A stretch of DNA of 64,000 nt from Octopus sinensis (lineage: Eukaryota), in assembly GCF_006345805.1 (NCBI RefSeq), contig NC_042999.1, positions 100,006,001-100,070,000 of the forward strand, written 5' to 3'. This document shows positions 26,399-38,985 of the stretch, piece by piece. A program made the translations under genes and the position numbers. Numbering within the stretch: the stretch's first letter is position 1; each line of letters opens with the position of its first letter. A model generated the notes under the pieces. That model ran no database searches and was not told the DNA's origin. It saw nothing but the letters and a program-made list of their open reading frames with translations.

Positions 26399-26866
26399 CA
26401 TGTAGGGACTGCACAATGAATTCCATGCAGCCACAACAGAAGTTGCTGGAAAAACTAGGTGGGATTGGCTTATGAAAGGAACACTGCAAAAAGAAACCGA
26501 GAGCACTATACTGGTAGTGCAAGACCAAGCTTTGGAAACGAACTGGAGTGTCAACCTTAGGAATGAGCAAGTGTCTCCGCTGTGTCGCATCTGCAACAGG
26601 ATGGATGAATGCATAGCCCTAGACTTGCCCAAAATCACTACAATTTGTGGCGAGACGATCAGGTAGCTGAAGTGCTACATCGGAAACTATGCGAAATATG
26701 GGGGCTAGACAGGCAAGGTGTGGTATGAGCAGGAACCGCAGAGAGTGGCGGAGTCGGAGACTAGCAAAATCCTCTGAGATTTCCCAATCCAAACAGATCA
26801 GGTGCTAGAGAATAACAGACCGGACCTAGTGGCGATGGACAAGATTCTCCACATATGTTATATAGC

Positions 26867-26868
<2 letters not shown>
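26399..26868 (+). mobile_element. R4/Dong ORF C-terminal fragment, part 1 (CCHC knuckle and start of the restriction-like endonuclease)
   Basis: WDWLMKGTLQKETESTILVVQDQAL, SPLCRICNRMDE, degenerate RHDQVAEVLH, WYEQEPQRVAE, DFPIQTDQVLENNRPDLV. Confidence 0.9.
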
Positions 26869-27704
<836 letters not shown>

Positions 27705-27732
27705 ATTGGGAAATCTCAGAGGATTTTGCTAG

Positions 27733-28072
27733 TCCAAACAGATCAGGTGCTAGAGAATAACAGACCGGACCTAGTGGTGATGGACAAGATTCTCCACATA
27801 TGTTATATAGCTGATGTTGCATGCCCCTTTGCCCCACGAATAGTCAAGAAGCAAGGCGAAAAGCTAAACACAACCCTCTTCAGTACGAAATATCCCGACT
27901 ATGGAAAATTAAGGTGAAAATAGTCCCAATTATTGTTGGGTTCTTGGGAACAGAAAGCATCAAGGGGAATATAAAGGAAATGGGATTAGAGTGCCCAGTA
28001 GAACTGTTACAAAAAGTTTGCCTCCTTGGCACGGCCAGAATAATCAGCAAAGTATTAGAAATAATGAAATAA
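27733..28072 (+). mobile_element. R4/Dong ORF C-terminal fragment, part 2 (RLE PD..D motif to ORF end)
   Basis: RPDLVVMDKILHICYIADVACPF, LQYEISRLWKIKVKIVPIIVGFLG, LLQKVCLLGTARIISKVL. The first 81 bp duplicate 26788-26868. Confidence 0.9.
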
Positions 28073-28307
28073 TGAAATGAAATAATGTTGATATATATCA
28101 GTGTCCATACTGAAATAGGTAGTTTCTACACAGAAGGTCAACATTTCCATCAAGTTTCTTATTGGTATACTAGTGCGTTTTATTAGATGGGTGTCTGTCA
28201 CTAGTTTTTCTCGTATCACTGATAGTGCTTCACCATTTGGGACATCTTAGATCATATGACCATTTGATCATGTTACCTTATTCAGGGACCTACTCGAGCT
28301 ACTCGAC

Positions 28308-28503
28308 TTGAAGAAAATTCTAACTGGGCCCCACTTTCAAGGTCATGCGCTGTTTATCTTGTCATGATATCACCATGTCGCGCACATATATTTGTGATGC
28401 ATGTGCCTAGTGTACCCTTATGAGATAGGTAGTCAGGCGGGGTATACTGGGTTTGGTATATTTTATCTCAGTGTCACTTTGGTGGTATGCACTGTCTCTC
28501 ACG
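28308..28503 (+). mobile_element. 3' end of a further non-LTR family with (AAT)n tail
   Basis: gaagaaaattctaactgggccccac...atcaccatgtcgcgcacat...gcactgtctctcacgc is followed directly by (AAT)n. The family assignment is from memory of octopus repeats. Confidence 0.55.
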
Positions 28504-28526
28504 CAATATAATAATAATAATAATAA

Positions 28527-28557
<31 letters not shown>

Positions 28558-29283
28558 AAGAAAGAAGAAGAAGAAGAAGAAGAAAAAAGAAGAAGAAGAA
28601 GAAGAAGAAGAAGAAGAAGAAGAAGAAGAAGAAGAAGAAGAAGAAGAAGAAGAAGAAGAAGAAGAAGAAGAAGAAGAAGAAGAAGAAGAAGAAGAAGAAG
28701 AGAAGAAGAAGAATTTGTACATCGGGAACTCTAAGCAAAGACAGGCAAATGGTTGAAGGAAATTGGAATAGAATGTCATATAGAGCTTCTACAGAAAGTC
28801 TACCTTTGAGGAATATGAAAGATTATCAGATGGCATCTAAGCACTTGAAAGATTACTGAAAGATAGTGAATACCTAAGATTACCCGCAACCCACTCAAAT
28901 CCTGCAAGGATTGATTGAAATCAAAATTAATAATAATCCTTCGGTGATAGTGATGATGATGATGGTGATGGCGACGATGATGATGAGGATGATAGTGTGA
29001 TGGGTATTTATAATTGTTTATTAAATGAAAGTTCTAATTTAATGATAATTATAACGCAGTTTAATTATAGCAATATCCTCTGAATGGATAATTAAACATT
29101 TTAGGTAATATCGCATACATGGGGTTTTAAAGTTAAACGGAAGCACGTTCACAAATTAAAATTGTGGTTTATCCCAAATTTATGATTTGAATAAAGAGGC
29201 TTAAAGAGAAAGGAGCAGAAACTAAAAGAATTACAGAATGTGTATACATACATGCACACACATGTGTATGTGTATATATATAT

Positions 29284-29325
<42 letters not shown>

Positions 29326-29327
29326 CA
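28482..29327 (+). repeat. Right arm of the inverted duplication (probable source copy)
   Basis: Reverse complement of 26867-27704; contains (AAT)n, a long (GAA)n tract, an R4 3' end, (GAT)n and (TA)n. Confidence 0.97.
28714..28928 (+). mobile_element. Decayed R4/Dong ORF end and 3' UTR (inverted duplicate at about 27270-27487)
   Basis: Reads KWLKEIGIECHIELLQKVYL*GI*KIIR, homologous to the EMGLECPVELLQKVCLLGTARII end at 27980-28050; AAT tail. Confidence 0.75.
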
Positions 29328-30027
29328 TACATACATACATACAAGTAAGTCACACACAAAATCAATTAGAACGGAAATAAAGTTAAATCTTGATTGCTCG
29401 AGAAAAAAACGGACCTAAGCATATTGCTTTGAAGCTTTCTATGTGCAGAGAAAAGGGGGAGTTCCCTGAATAACTAGCTGATGATAGTAGAGGTCTCTCA
29501 GTAAAGAGTATTCTGAGAGACTGTTCCACGATTTGGTAAACGCCACTTAATGAAGACTTACTCTATTTGGTTCCCCTATCTCTAGCATGGATTCAGAAGT
29601 TATGTTTTTATATGGTATTCATTAAGGTTGTCGTGTACATCTTGAAGAAGCCATCAACAAACCGCGAAACGGCCAATTTGGAGACCCATTACGTCTTTAT
29701 CAACGTACAAGGCAAGATTTTCGGGATAGTTTTACCTTATATGAGGGAAATGGATGAAGGAGCGGGAAAATGGAAGACTAAAATATATCTATTCGCAGAT
29801 AAAAACTATTCGAAACGTCATATGTAAAAGACAGACAGAGCACCTTACCCAAATATATTACATGAGAGGTTTTCTTGAGATATACAAAGACAAATTATCA
29901 ACGAATTGTTTATAATATTAGAGTCACAACCCTTTCTTAGAATCTATTGACATTATTAATAATAGTGTTGTTATCTTTTATGGTAGCTTTCAAGGTGCAT
30001 TTTAATCCTAATATTGATTCTGCTTTT

Positions 30028-30227
30028 TTTAAAATTTGGCACAAAGCCAGCAAGTTCAGGAAAGGAGACCAGGTCGATTACATCTACCCCACTGTTCAAC
30101 TGATGCGTACTTTTATTGACCCCGAAAGGATGAAAAGCAAACTCGATTCCTGTGGTATTTGAACTCAGACGGACGAACGTTACTAAGTATTTTGTCCTGC
30201 GCGGTGATGTGTCTGCCAGCTTCGCCT
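30028..30227 (-). mobile_element. tRNA-headed SINE (core family)
   Basis: Reverse-strand copy: gaccccgaaaggatgaaaagcaaactcga...atttgaactcag...ctgccagcttcgcc. Confidence 0.85.
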
Positions 30228-30259
30228 TAATTTTATCCTTAATATTAACTCAATGGTGA

Positions 30260-30763
30260 GGGGTGGTGAGCAGGCAGAATCGTTACCAGTTGAACACTGA
30301 GGACGATGTGGTTGACTTACCGAACACCACCGATCTTGTTGGTCTAGTGCAAAATTTCAAACCAATATTATCTCAAGGGTGAAAGCTGCGAATTGGCAGA
30401 ATTGTTAGCACACCGCGAAAAATGCTTAGCGGTATTTCGTTCGTATTTCCGTTGAGTTGAAATTGCGGCGAAGTCGACCTTGCCTGTCATCATGTTGAAG
30501 ACTTACCCATTCTCTCGAAATTCCTGGCCTTATGCTAAAATTTGAAATTAGTATTAACTCAAAGGAGGGTAAATGGCTAGCAGAATCGTTAGCATGCCGA
30601 GCAAAATTCTTAGCGGCAATTTGTCCGTCTATATGTTCTGAGTTCAATTGCTTTTCCAGGGTCGACCTTGCTTTTCATCCTTTCATAGTCCATAAAATAT
30701 GTACCAGTTGAGCTCTGGGGTCGATATAATCAACTAGCCCCCTCCCACAATATTTCAGGCCTC
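30260..30763 (+). mobile_element. Three head-to-tail SINE copies (about 30260-30368, 30383-30556, 30562-30763)
   Basis: Each starts with a ggcagaat(c/t)gtta-type head; the first two carry internal deletions. Confidence 0.8.
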
Positions 30764-30951
30764 AGTATTTACGCTTATCCTTTTGATAACAATTACCACT
30801 GTCAAAGCGCCTCCTCCATTCCAGGTTTTACGTCATCTCCGATTCGCAATTTATTCACAATTGCTCTGAATGTTAAAACTTTGCCTTTTGCAATCATTGT
30901 TCATATATTTGCAATTTTAAAATTTTGTCTGGTCACTATTGATATCTTTAG

Positions 30952-31021
<70 letters not shown>

Positions 31022-31064
31022 AACATATATAAGTACAATGTTCATTGTGTATATATTTCTGTGC

Positions 31065-31292
31065 ACACCTTTCAATGCCATGTATGCCATAAGGTCTGCA
31101 AATCTAACGGAGGTCTCAAAAGACATTTTAAGATCCACAAATATTAGAACTTAATTGCAGTTCTTGGTGATCCAAATCGGATATACAATCTCTGTGGATA
31201 TCTTTTCAAAACATTGGTTTAAAAAAACAAACATATCAGATGCCATGATGTTTCTAAGGTGGTCAGACTCTGCATAAGGAGTAGATAACGAC
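31065..31292 (+). mobile_element. RTE-like LINE 3' end with one intact and one degenerate C2H2 finger, followed by (GATA)n
   Basis: FQCHVCHKVCKSNGGLKRHFKIH (C-X2-C-X12-H-X3-H at 31076-31138), then YNLCGYLFKTLV*KNKHIRCH, a short UTR and a microsatellite tail. Confidence 0.7.
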
Positions 31293-31313
31293 CATAGATA
31301 GATAGATTGATAA

Positions 31314-31358
<45 letters not shown>

Positions 31359-31406
31359 AACATAGATAGATAGACACATAAATACATATGCATATAATTG
31401 TATATA

Positions 31407-31488
<82 letters not shown>

Positions 31489-31570
31489 CACATATATATG
31501 TGTGTGTACACACTCATTACATATATGTACATATTACATATATATATATATATGATATATATATATATAT

Positions 31571-31628
<58 letters not shown>

Positions 31629-31630
31629 TA
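31293..31630. repeat. Compound (GATA)n/(TA)n microsatellite
   Basis: Direct inspection. Confidence 0.95.
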
Positions 31631-32303
31631 TTACATATATACATTGTGCGTGTGTGCGTGTGTGTGTATTCATTAGGAAACAGGGGTTTTGCAGTATCTT
31701 CAAATTCTTTTGATTCCCATTGATACTTTTTTCCTCTTGTCCTGTCAGGTAATTCAACCTTGGTACCGTAAACAATTAAACTACTCATCTAATTCCACTC
31801 AATTATTCTCTGTATCATTACTCTGTCCTTGCTCGCATTTTACTTTGAATGCTAGAAAGCTTACTATGAAATATCGTGGTGCGAACTCTCACCAATGTAT
31901 TGCTAAGAGCTTGACTTATGATGTTTTCGACCATTGTGATTCGGTAATTAGTTTTCTATTATAATTGCTTTCACATTAATAATGCAGTATAGGAACACAA
32001 ATCGATCGTAGTACTCGACTGTTACATTATTGTATCGACCGCTTCAAGTATCGAAACTATAAATTAACTGTCAAGTACTGAGATCGATTTATATTCCTTG
32101 CTGTCGTCAACACTAACAGGATTTAAACTTGAACTTAAATAGCCATATCTAAATACTATCGTGCATTTTTTCTGACTTTCTAACAATTCTGAAATGCATC
32201 ATGCGTTTTATATGGATTGATCATAAATCTCTTTATAGATTGTTTTCGGAATCTTTTTCATGGGCAGCTCGATTAATTCATTTTCTTTACCTGAACACTT
32301 TGA

Positions 32304-33115
32304 AACTTCGGGTACTGGTAGAATGTGTCATATAGAACATCTTTTACTCTTAGCGTTGTTGAGAAAAGTTTCTATTTACGAGGTTATTTCGTGTTAAAGT
32401 TGTCTTATTTCGGTAATTTCAACCAATCAATGACGTGTATTCAGCTGAATAAAATTACTGCTGTTGTATGTCAACAACAACTTCCGGCGGTGCATATTTC
32501 GTTTGTCACTGTTATTTATGACATATTTCGTCAATAACCGAGTGTATCTGAAGCACGTTTACTTCATGACACTACCATTATCGTTCGTGCATTTCTACTG
32601 CTTTTAGGGGTTTTTTTCTGTTTTTTTAGCTACAATTTTCGTAAAGACATCTTCCCCCAGCCCATTTTCTGGCAAATCATTATTTTTTTTTTTGTCAAAA
32701 ATACAGCTTTCCGGATATGGAGATTCCGGAATTTGCCAAAAATCGCAATTCGGAAATTTTTGCCAAGCTCCCCCCACCCACTCCAATTTCTTCAGTTTAC
32801 ACTTTTTCCGTAACCCTAACCCTAAAACCCTAACCCAAAATCCCTGACCCTAAAACCCTTATCCTAAAACCCTAAAGCTAACACCAGTACAAACACACGA
32901 ACGATATCATAAATAACAATGACAAACGAAACAACAGCAGCAATTTGAGAAACAACAGCAGCAATTTTATTCAACTGAATACATGTCATTGATTAGTTGA
33001 AATTACCGAAATACGACAACTTTAACACGAAATAACTTCGTAAATAGAAATTTTTCTCAACAACGCTAAGTGTAAAAGATGTTCTATATGACACATTCTA
33101 CCAGTATCTGAAGTT
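32304..33115. mobile_element. Fold-back element with long inverted arms and a core containing telomere-like repeats
   Basis: 32304-32600 and 32885-33115 are inverted repeats (for example actggtagaatgtgtcatatagaacatcttttac / gtaaaagatgttctatatgacacattctaccagt). The core has CCCTAA/CCCTAAAA variants at 32811-32881. Confidence 0.88.
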
Positions 33116-33184
33116 AATTAATTTATCGACCCGCCGATCAAAAGGAACAGATCCTTGTTTTCTTATTTTTGTAGCAATATATAT

Positions 33185-33433
33185 GGTTGTCAGTTCGATT
33201 CCCGGAGATGTGTTGTGTCCTTAGAGTCCATCCAACTGACATAAATTAGTTGTACCAGTAATTCAAAGGGCCGGCCTTGTCACATTCTCTGTCACGCAGA
33301 TGCCCCTGAGAACTATCTCAAGTGTATGCATGCCTGCTGGGTGCTCAGCCACTTGCACGTTAATTTCACGAACATGCTGTTCCGTTCATCGAATCAACTG
33401 GAGTGCTCATCGTCGTAACTGATGGAGTGTCAG
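33185..33433 (+). mobile_element. SINE (third family), 5'-truncated
   Basis: B-box-like agttcgattcc, then gtaattcaaagggccggccttgtcaca...gtgctcagccacttgcacgttaatttcacg...cgtcgtaactgatggagtg. Confidence 0.75.
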
Positions 33434-33440
33434 TTACCTT

Positions 33441-33620
33441 AAGGCAGGGAGATAGCAAAACCGTTACCGTGCTGGAAAAAATGCTTAGCGGAATTTTTTC
33501 TGACTTTACGTTCTTAGTTCAAATGCTGCCGGTAGGGACTTTGGAACACTGGGGTTGATATAATCGATTTAACCCTGCCCTCCAAATTGCTGGCCTTGTG
33601 TCAACACTCGAAAGCAATAT
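33441..33620 (+). mobile_element. SINE (core family), internally deleted
   Basis: aaaatgcttagcggaatt...tagttcaaatgctgcc...cactggggttgatataatcga...aaattgctggccttgtg. Confidence 0.75.
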
Positions 33621-34680
33621 TTGATCCAACTCTGCGCTTTAAGTTCAAGTTACACTGATGTTGATAAAATCAGTTCCAGCCAACGAAGTTTGCGAGAACT
33701 CTTAGAATGTCGGTTAAGATGCTTTGAGATATACGTTCCGCCTCTTCGCATTCTGTTACCGACGCCGCTTCTGATGACAATGGTAACAAGCTGTACCGGC
33801 CGATATCGGATGCAGTCTATATGGATAAACGAAGGTGACTTGGATACAGGACAATTGTATGAGTAACCAAAAGCCAGTCTTCCTCAAAGAATGTTACTAC
33901 GTTACAGACATATATGCGTACTTGTATAATCAACCTTGACCGATGCAAGCTCTATTTAGCTCTATTAAAGATTTAGCTAAAGTATACATACCAATACAAG
34001 TGTATTACTTACCAAAACGGAGTTATGTTATGCTTTCATTAGCAACAGTTGCTACTCCGATTATACAAACAAAAACTAAATTTTCTATCGACCACATTAT
34101 CTCTTAGGGTGACAATAGATATTTAAGTTAGTAAATATGCTGCTATGGATTCAGCATGAGTGCTATAATCAAACTTTAATCGTTAAATGAGTACCGGAGA
34201 CTTAGTAGATCGTAATGTAATTGTTACATTTGTTTGTTATTTTCTCCCTCAAATTCGTTTGTGACGTAAATGATAACAATTGTTTCAACAGAAAATCGAA
34301 ACTACGTTTCACCGGAAGAATAACAACAATAATGAAAAATGCTAGTAGCTTTATCGATATAGCAGTGTGAAATTATTAGATGTATGGATTAATTGAACTC
34401 TAAAACAACAATTCACTGTGACATTTTCACGTTCTTGTACAGAAAATATAAATGCGCAATTCAAAATTATGCACTTCAATCTCTAACTGTAACAAGTGAA
34501 GTAAATATACATAATAATGTTTATGATGGAACTTACGTCTCACACACACACATATGCATTCATATTCTTTTAACCTACTTTAAAAAAATCCAGTAGAATG
34601 CGTATCAAACAACAATCGTCCACGACAATTAAAATTTTTTGTATCATTATCACCACTGCATCGCTATGGGCTTAGAATAT

Positions 34681-34911
34681 ATTTCTTTATTGCCCACAAG
34701 GGGCTAAATATAGAGGGGACAAGCAAGGACAGACAAACGGATTAAGTCGATTACATCGACCCCAGTGCATAGCTGGTACGTTATTTATCGACCCCGAAAG
34801 GATGAAAAGCAAAGTCGACCTCGGCGGAATTTGAACTCAGAACGTAACGACAGACGAAATACCGCTAAGCATTTCGCCCGGTGCGTTAACGTTTTTGCCA
34901 TCTCGCCGCCT
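34681..34911 (-). mobile_element. Well-preserved tRNA-headed SINE (core family, alternative tail)
   Basis: Reverse complement: ggcggcgagatggcaaaaacgttaacgcaccgggcgaaatgcttagcggtatttcgtctgtc...GAGTTCAAATTCC...gtcgactttgcttttcatcctttcggggtcgataaataacgtaccag; tail ends ...gtgggcaataaagaaat. Confidence 0.92.
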
Positions 34912-35344
34912 CTCTGGGCTTACTCTAGAATATTAGTCAGTGACTTCTTTCGACCCCGCCCACATCACAAGAACTTGTGTTCGTAAGTTACAATGAAAAT
35001 GCCATGGGTTAGACAAACCGGTGTACATGTCACCAAGACATGAGATACTGTAATACATGAAGCTATGCTGAAAGTACTTTTGAGATTGCTCTTGATTAGC
35101 TGTGTCAATACAAATATTCTACTCACGCTTCTACTGAAGTTGCACGAGAAATCAAAGTAAATCCTGACTGAGATACAATTATGTGACTAAAGATAACATA
35201 ATGAGATTGGACATTCGTACATGGTAGTGGGCCACATGTCCGTTTGTCAGATACTAGTGATACAATTTCATTCACTTCTGATGTTTATAAGAACCAGGGC
35301 ATTTGATATAGGCATTTAGTGTTGATTGTTTACGTACAGCATAT

Positions 35345-35519
35345 GGTGATGGTGGTGGTGGTGGTGGTAGTTTTGATGACGATGACGATCATGATGACGA
35401 TGACGACGACGACGCTGACGGTGATGATGATGATGATGATGATGATGATGACGACGATGATGATGACGACGATGATGATGATGACGACGATGATGATGAT
35501 GATGACGACGATGATGACA

Positions 35520-35557
<38 letters not shown>
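35345..35557. repeat. (GAT/GAC/GGT)n compound trinucleotide repeat
   Basis: Direct inspection; this is the source of the poly-Met and poly-Ser ORFs. Confidence 0.97.
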
Positions 35558-36682
35558 ATTGTTGTTACTGCTGTTCTTCTTATATAATTTGTATATATAA
35601 TATTCAATTTAACTGAGTAAGCATTATTGTCATGCACAGCAACATAAGAGCAGATTGATGTGACATTTAAACACATAGAAAGCATCATTAATACCTTATT
35701 ACTTGAGCTCGGAAACGTATTTGCGAGGGTAGATACGTACATAAACGTGTACTTACAAAGACATGTACAAAGACACGCACGCATACACAAACACACTCAC
35801 ATATATACAAACACACAATCACAAACATACAAAAACACACATACACTGACGCATACACAGGAATTTGCATGCAAGCAGAAGATGTTCACTTTTTGTAAAT
35901 ATTAAAGTTTAGAAGCAGTAAGTATTTGAACTTATTGCTTCTAAAAGTAGTTTATGTCAAACTGTAGTTCTAGTTAACTATTCATCGCCACATCTCAATT
36001 TCGATGGCTACTTATAAAATAATGATCTTGTAATCCATGCTTAATGAAGCACGAAATGTCTCATATACACAGCATAGTAACTTATAATCATCTGATAAAA
36101 TAGTCTTTTATATAATGAGCTACAAATGTAACATTGGCTATATTCGCAATGCGCAGAATACAAAGTTACGTGTGTATGTGTGTATGTGTGTGAGTGTGAG
36201 CAGTCCGCCCGCTATTTGCCATTCTAGCGACTGATCATTCAGTTTTTTTTTTCTTTTATATATCAGTGCAAGGGAAATATTTTTCAAGCATTCGGTTATA
36301 TTGGATGCTTGCTACCGATAATGCTCAAATACATAGAAATCATGTAATCTAGCAGTTCCACCACCGTTGCTGATCATATTTCTGTGTCTTTTAGCACTAT
36401 GCGTCTATAGGAGAAGCATTCTTAAGACGGATACCGCAGTATTGCGGCGTTGCATCATTATATCTACATTAAGTAAGATATACAAATTGTTATTCAAAAC
36501 TAATACTGTCCTTATTGCTAATAACGAATGTGTGTGTGAGGGAGAGAGAGGGGGGAGAGAGAGTGCGCGCGCGCCTTTGTACCTCTGTGTGTGCAATTGA
36601 TTATCATTATACTGGTTTAGAAATCGATATCAATAATGCTACGTCCCATTATGACCCCTAACTTAACTTTTTTAACAAACAG

Positions 36683-36770
<88 letters not shown>

Positions 36771-38339
36771 TGTGTGTGTGTGTGTGTGTGTGTGTATAGC
36801 AATGAGAGTATGAAACAATACACAAACGATTCCTCGAACACCTTACTTGGTATGCGTTCTGAGATAATGTATCCTAAAGAAATAATAAAGATTCAGATGA
36901 ATATATTCGGATAGCAAACTATGCCTTGAGGCATTTTTTTCGCTTATATGCAAATTTATTAGATTACGTAAATCAGATACTTCAGAACGGCACATAATTT
37001 TCCTTTTTACCTCGAGAAAACAGCTTTACAACATGCCCTATCATTAGTGTAAGTTGCTTACATATATTCTCATTTGAATACACTATCTATTACAAAATCT
37101 TCTTTGGGAGATCGTCTATAAGCAGATGGGTTTAGCAGTAGTTGTGTTTACAGAAATATGGCGAGAAATATATTCCAGTTAAAATGTCATTGTATAAAGA
37201 CGCGGGCATAAAGCTCTAACAAAGTTTAAACGTTCGTATTATTTCAAAGTAACGATAACTGATCAAATTATTTAGCTACTTTCCCTTCGATTATCTTCCT
37301 GAAATATGTCTCAAAGAAATATTAATTTTCTTTTTTTAGACGCAGGTTTACTTGTTTCTTTTTCAATTAGTAGAGATGAGAAGCCATATTTTCTGCAGTT
37401 TCGGTATGATTTCGGAGTCAAAAAGTTAATCGATCACACACGACTGTCCATAGAGAGGGAAGAACGAGATTAGTTTATGGAACTGCGGCGCCTTGCTAAC
37501 AATTCTTAGTCACATACGCATACACATATATACATATAGTCATATTTATGTGTGTATTTGTGTACATTTATATATAAAAACATATATGTATATAGATGCA
37601 TACGTACACACACACTCACATATATGTGTGTATAAATATATATATATATACACATACATATGTTGTAAGGTTTGAAATTGTAGAATGCGACACGTCGGAG
37701 ATGTTAAGTCAGCAATTGAAACAAAAATGGATTATTTCTGTCAAAGGTATGCTTGCTGTGAATGACGTTGTAAAAAGGAAACAGTCTGAAATATTTCTTA
37801 ACAAATATCGAATAGCTATTCAAAGTAACATGAAGATATTGACAAGACTTGTCCCAGTAATAAAGACAAGTGGCTTGTCATGATTGTAGTAATAATTGGT
37901 AAAGATTGAATACAAAAGAGAAGAAAATTAGCCTTCATAAAGTTACAGGTAGCACTTGAAGTAGTTAGGTAAGAGGTTTCGACGAGAGACAGGATTACCA
38001 GTGCTATCAAGTGGAAAAGAATAAAACAACGAATGAATAACATGCAACAAGTAAAGAGAAAAAAATATAATATTTTTTTTTTAAATCCTTCAGCGCTAGA
38101 ATACTTCATCTAAAACTCAGTTGTAAGATAATTTAAAATATGTATCTTTTGAAAGTTTGAAATTTTGACATGTTTGCAATATTACAAGATTGTTGACACA
38201 CGAGAATAACTATGGCCTCGAACTGATATTACTTCAGTCTCAACTGTTACTTTTTCTCCTTTCAGTCTTTCTTAAAGCTCAGTTTTATATCTAGAATTGG
38301 AAATGTCCTATACGTTCATCTCTACTCTCCCCTTTCCTC

Positions 38340-38509
38340 TCCTTCTGCACACACACGTATATATGCATATGCATATATATATATATGTATAGTATGTATA
38401 TATATATATATATGTGTGTGGTGTGTGTGTGTGTGTGTGTATAGTATGTATATATATATATACATCTATATATATATATGATTTATATATACACATATAC
38501 ATATACATA

Positions 38510-38582
<73 letters not shown>

Positions 38583-38850
38583 TACATGTGTGTGTATGTA
38601 TGTATGTTTGCATATCACTTCAGTCTTATATTCTGCAATGGACTATTTGACAATTTGTAGTACTTAACTTGAATTATGATACAGAGCACAAAAAGTAAGC
38701 TGAGACTTATGTGTAGCAAAACTGTTAACAAGTCAGAAATATTTCTTTGCCAGTGAATGAAACATATACATTTTATTGTACACTTACACACACACACTCA
38801 CACACTCATATATATATATACACATGTATGTGTGCATATATGTATGTATG

Positions 38851-38882
<32 letters not shown>

Positions 38883-38907
38883 ATATATATATAATATATA
38901 TATAATA

Positions 38908-38983
<76 letters not shown>

Positions 38984-38985
38984 AT
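38340..38985. repeat. Long compound (TA)n/(TG)n/(CA)n microsatellite field
   Basis: Direct inspection; a short unique spacer lies at about 38610-38770. Confidence 0.93.

Noticed and set aside
25862-26400. CRISPR-like repeat-spacer pattern of AAT runs and unique segments
   Set aside because: The context is eukaryotic, the repeats are variable-length microsatellites, and the spacers are retrotransposon 3' ends.
29476-29530. CTGATGA followed by a hairpin (also CTGATGA near 33772 and 63282) as further hammerheads
   Set aside because: There is no GAAA box directly after a stem II and no stem I complement.
30881-31147. 88-aa ORF as a host C2H2 zinc-finger gene
   Set aside because: The N-terminal part is (TG)n, there is no TGEKP linker, the second finger is broken, and a microsatellite tail follows. 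It is treated as a LINE 3' end.
32811-32881. True telomere or chromosome-fusion scar
   Set aside because: The array is short, degenerate and enclosed by the inverted arms of a mobile-like element, with no head-to-head arrays.
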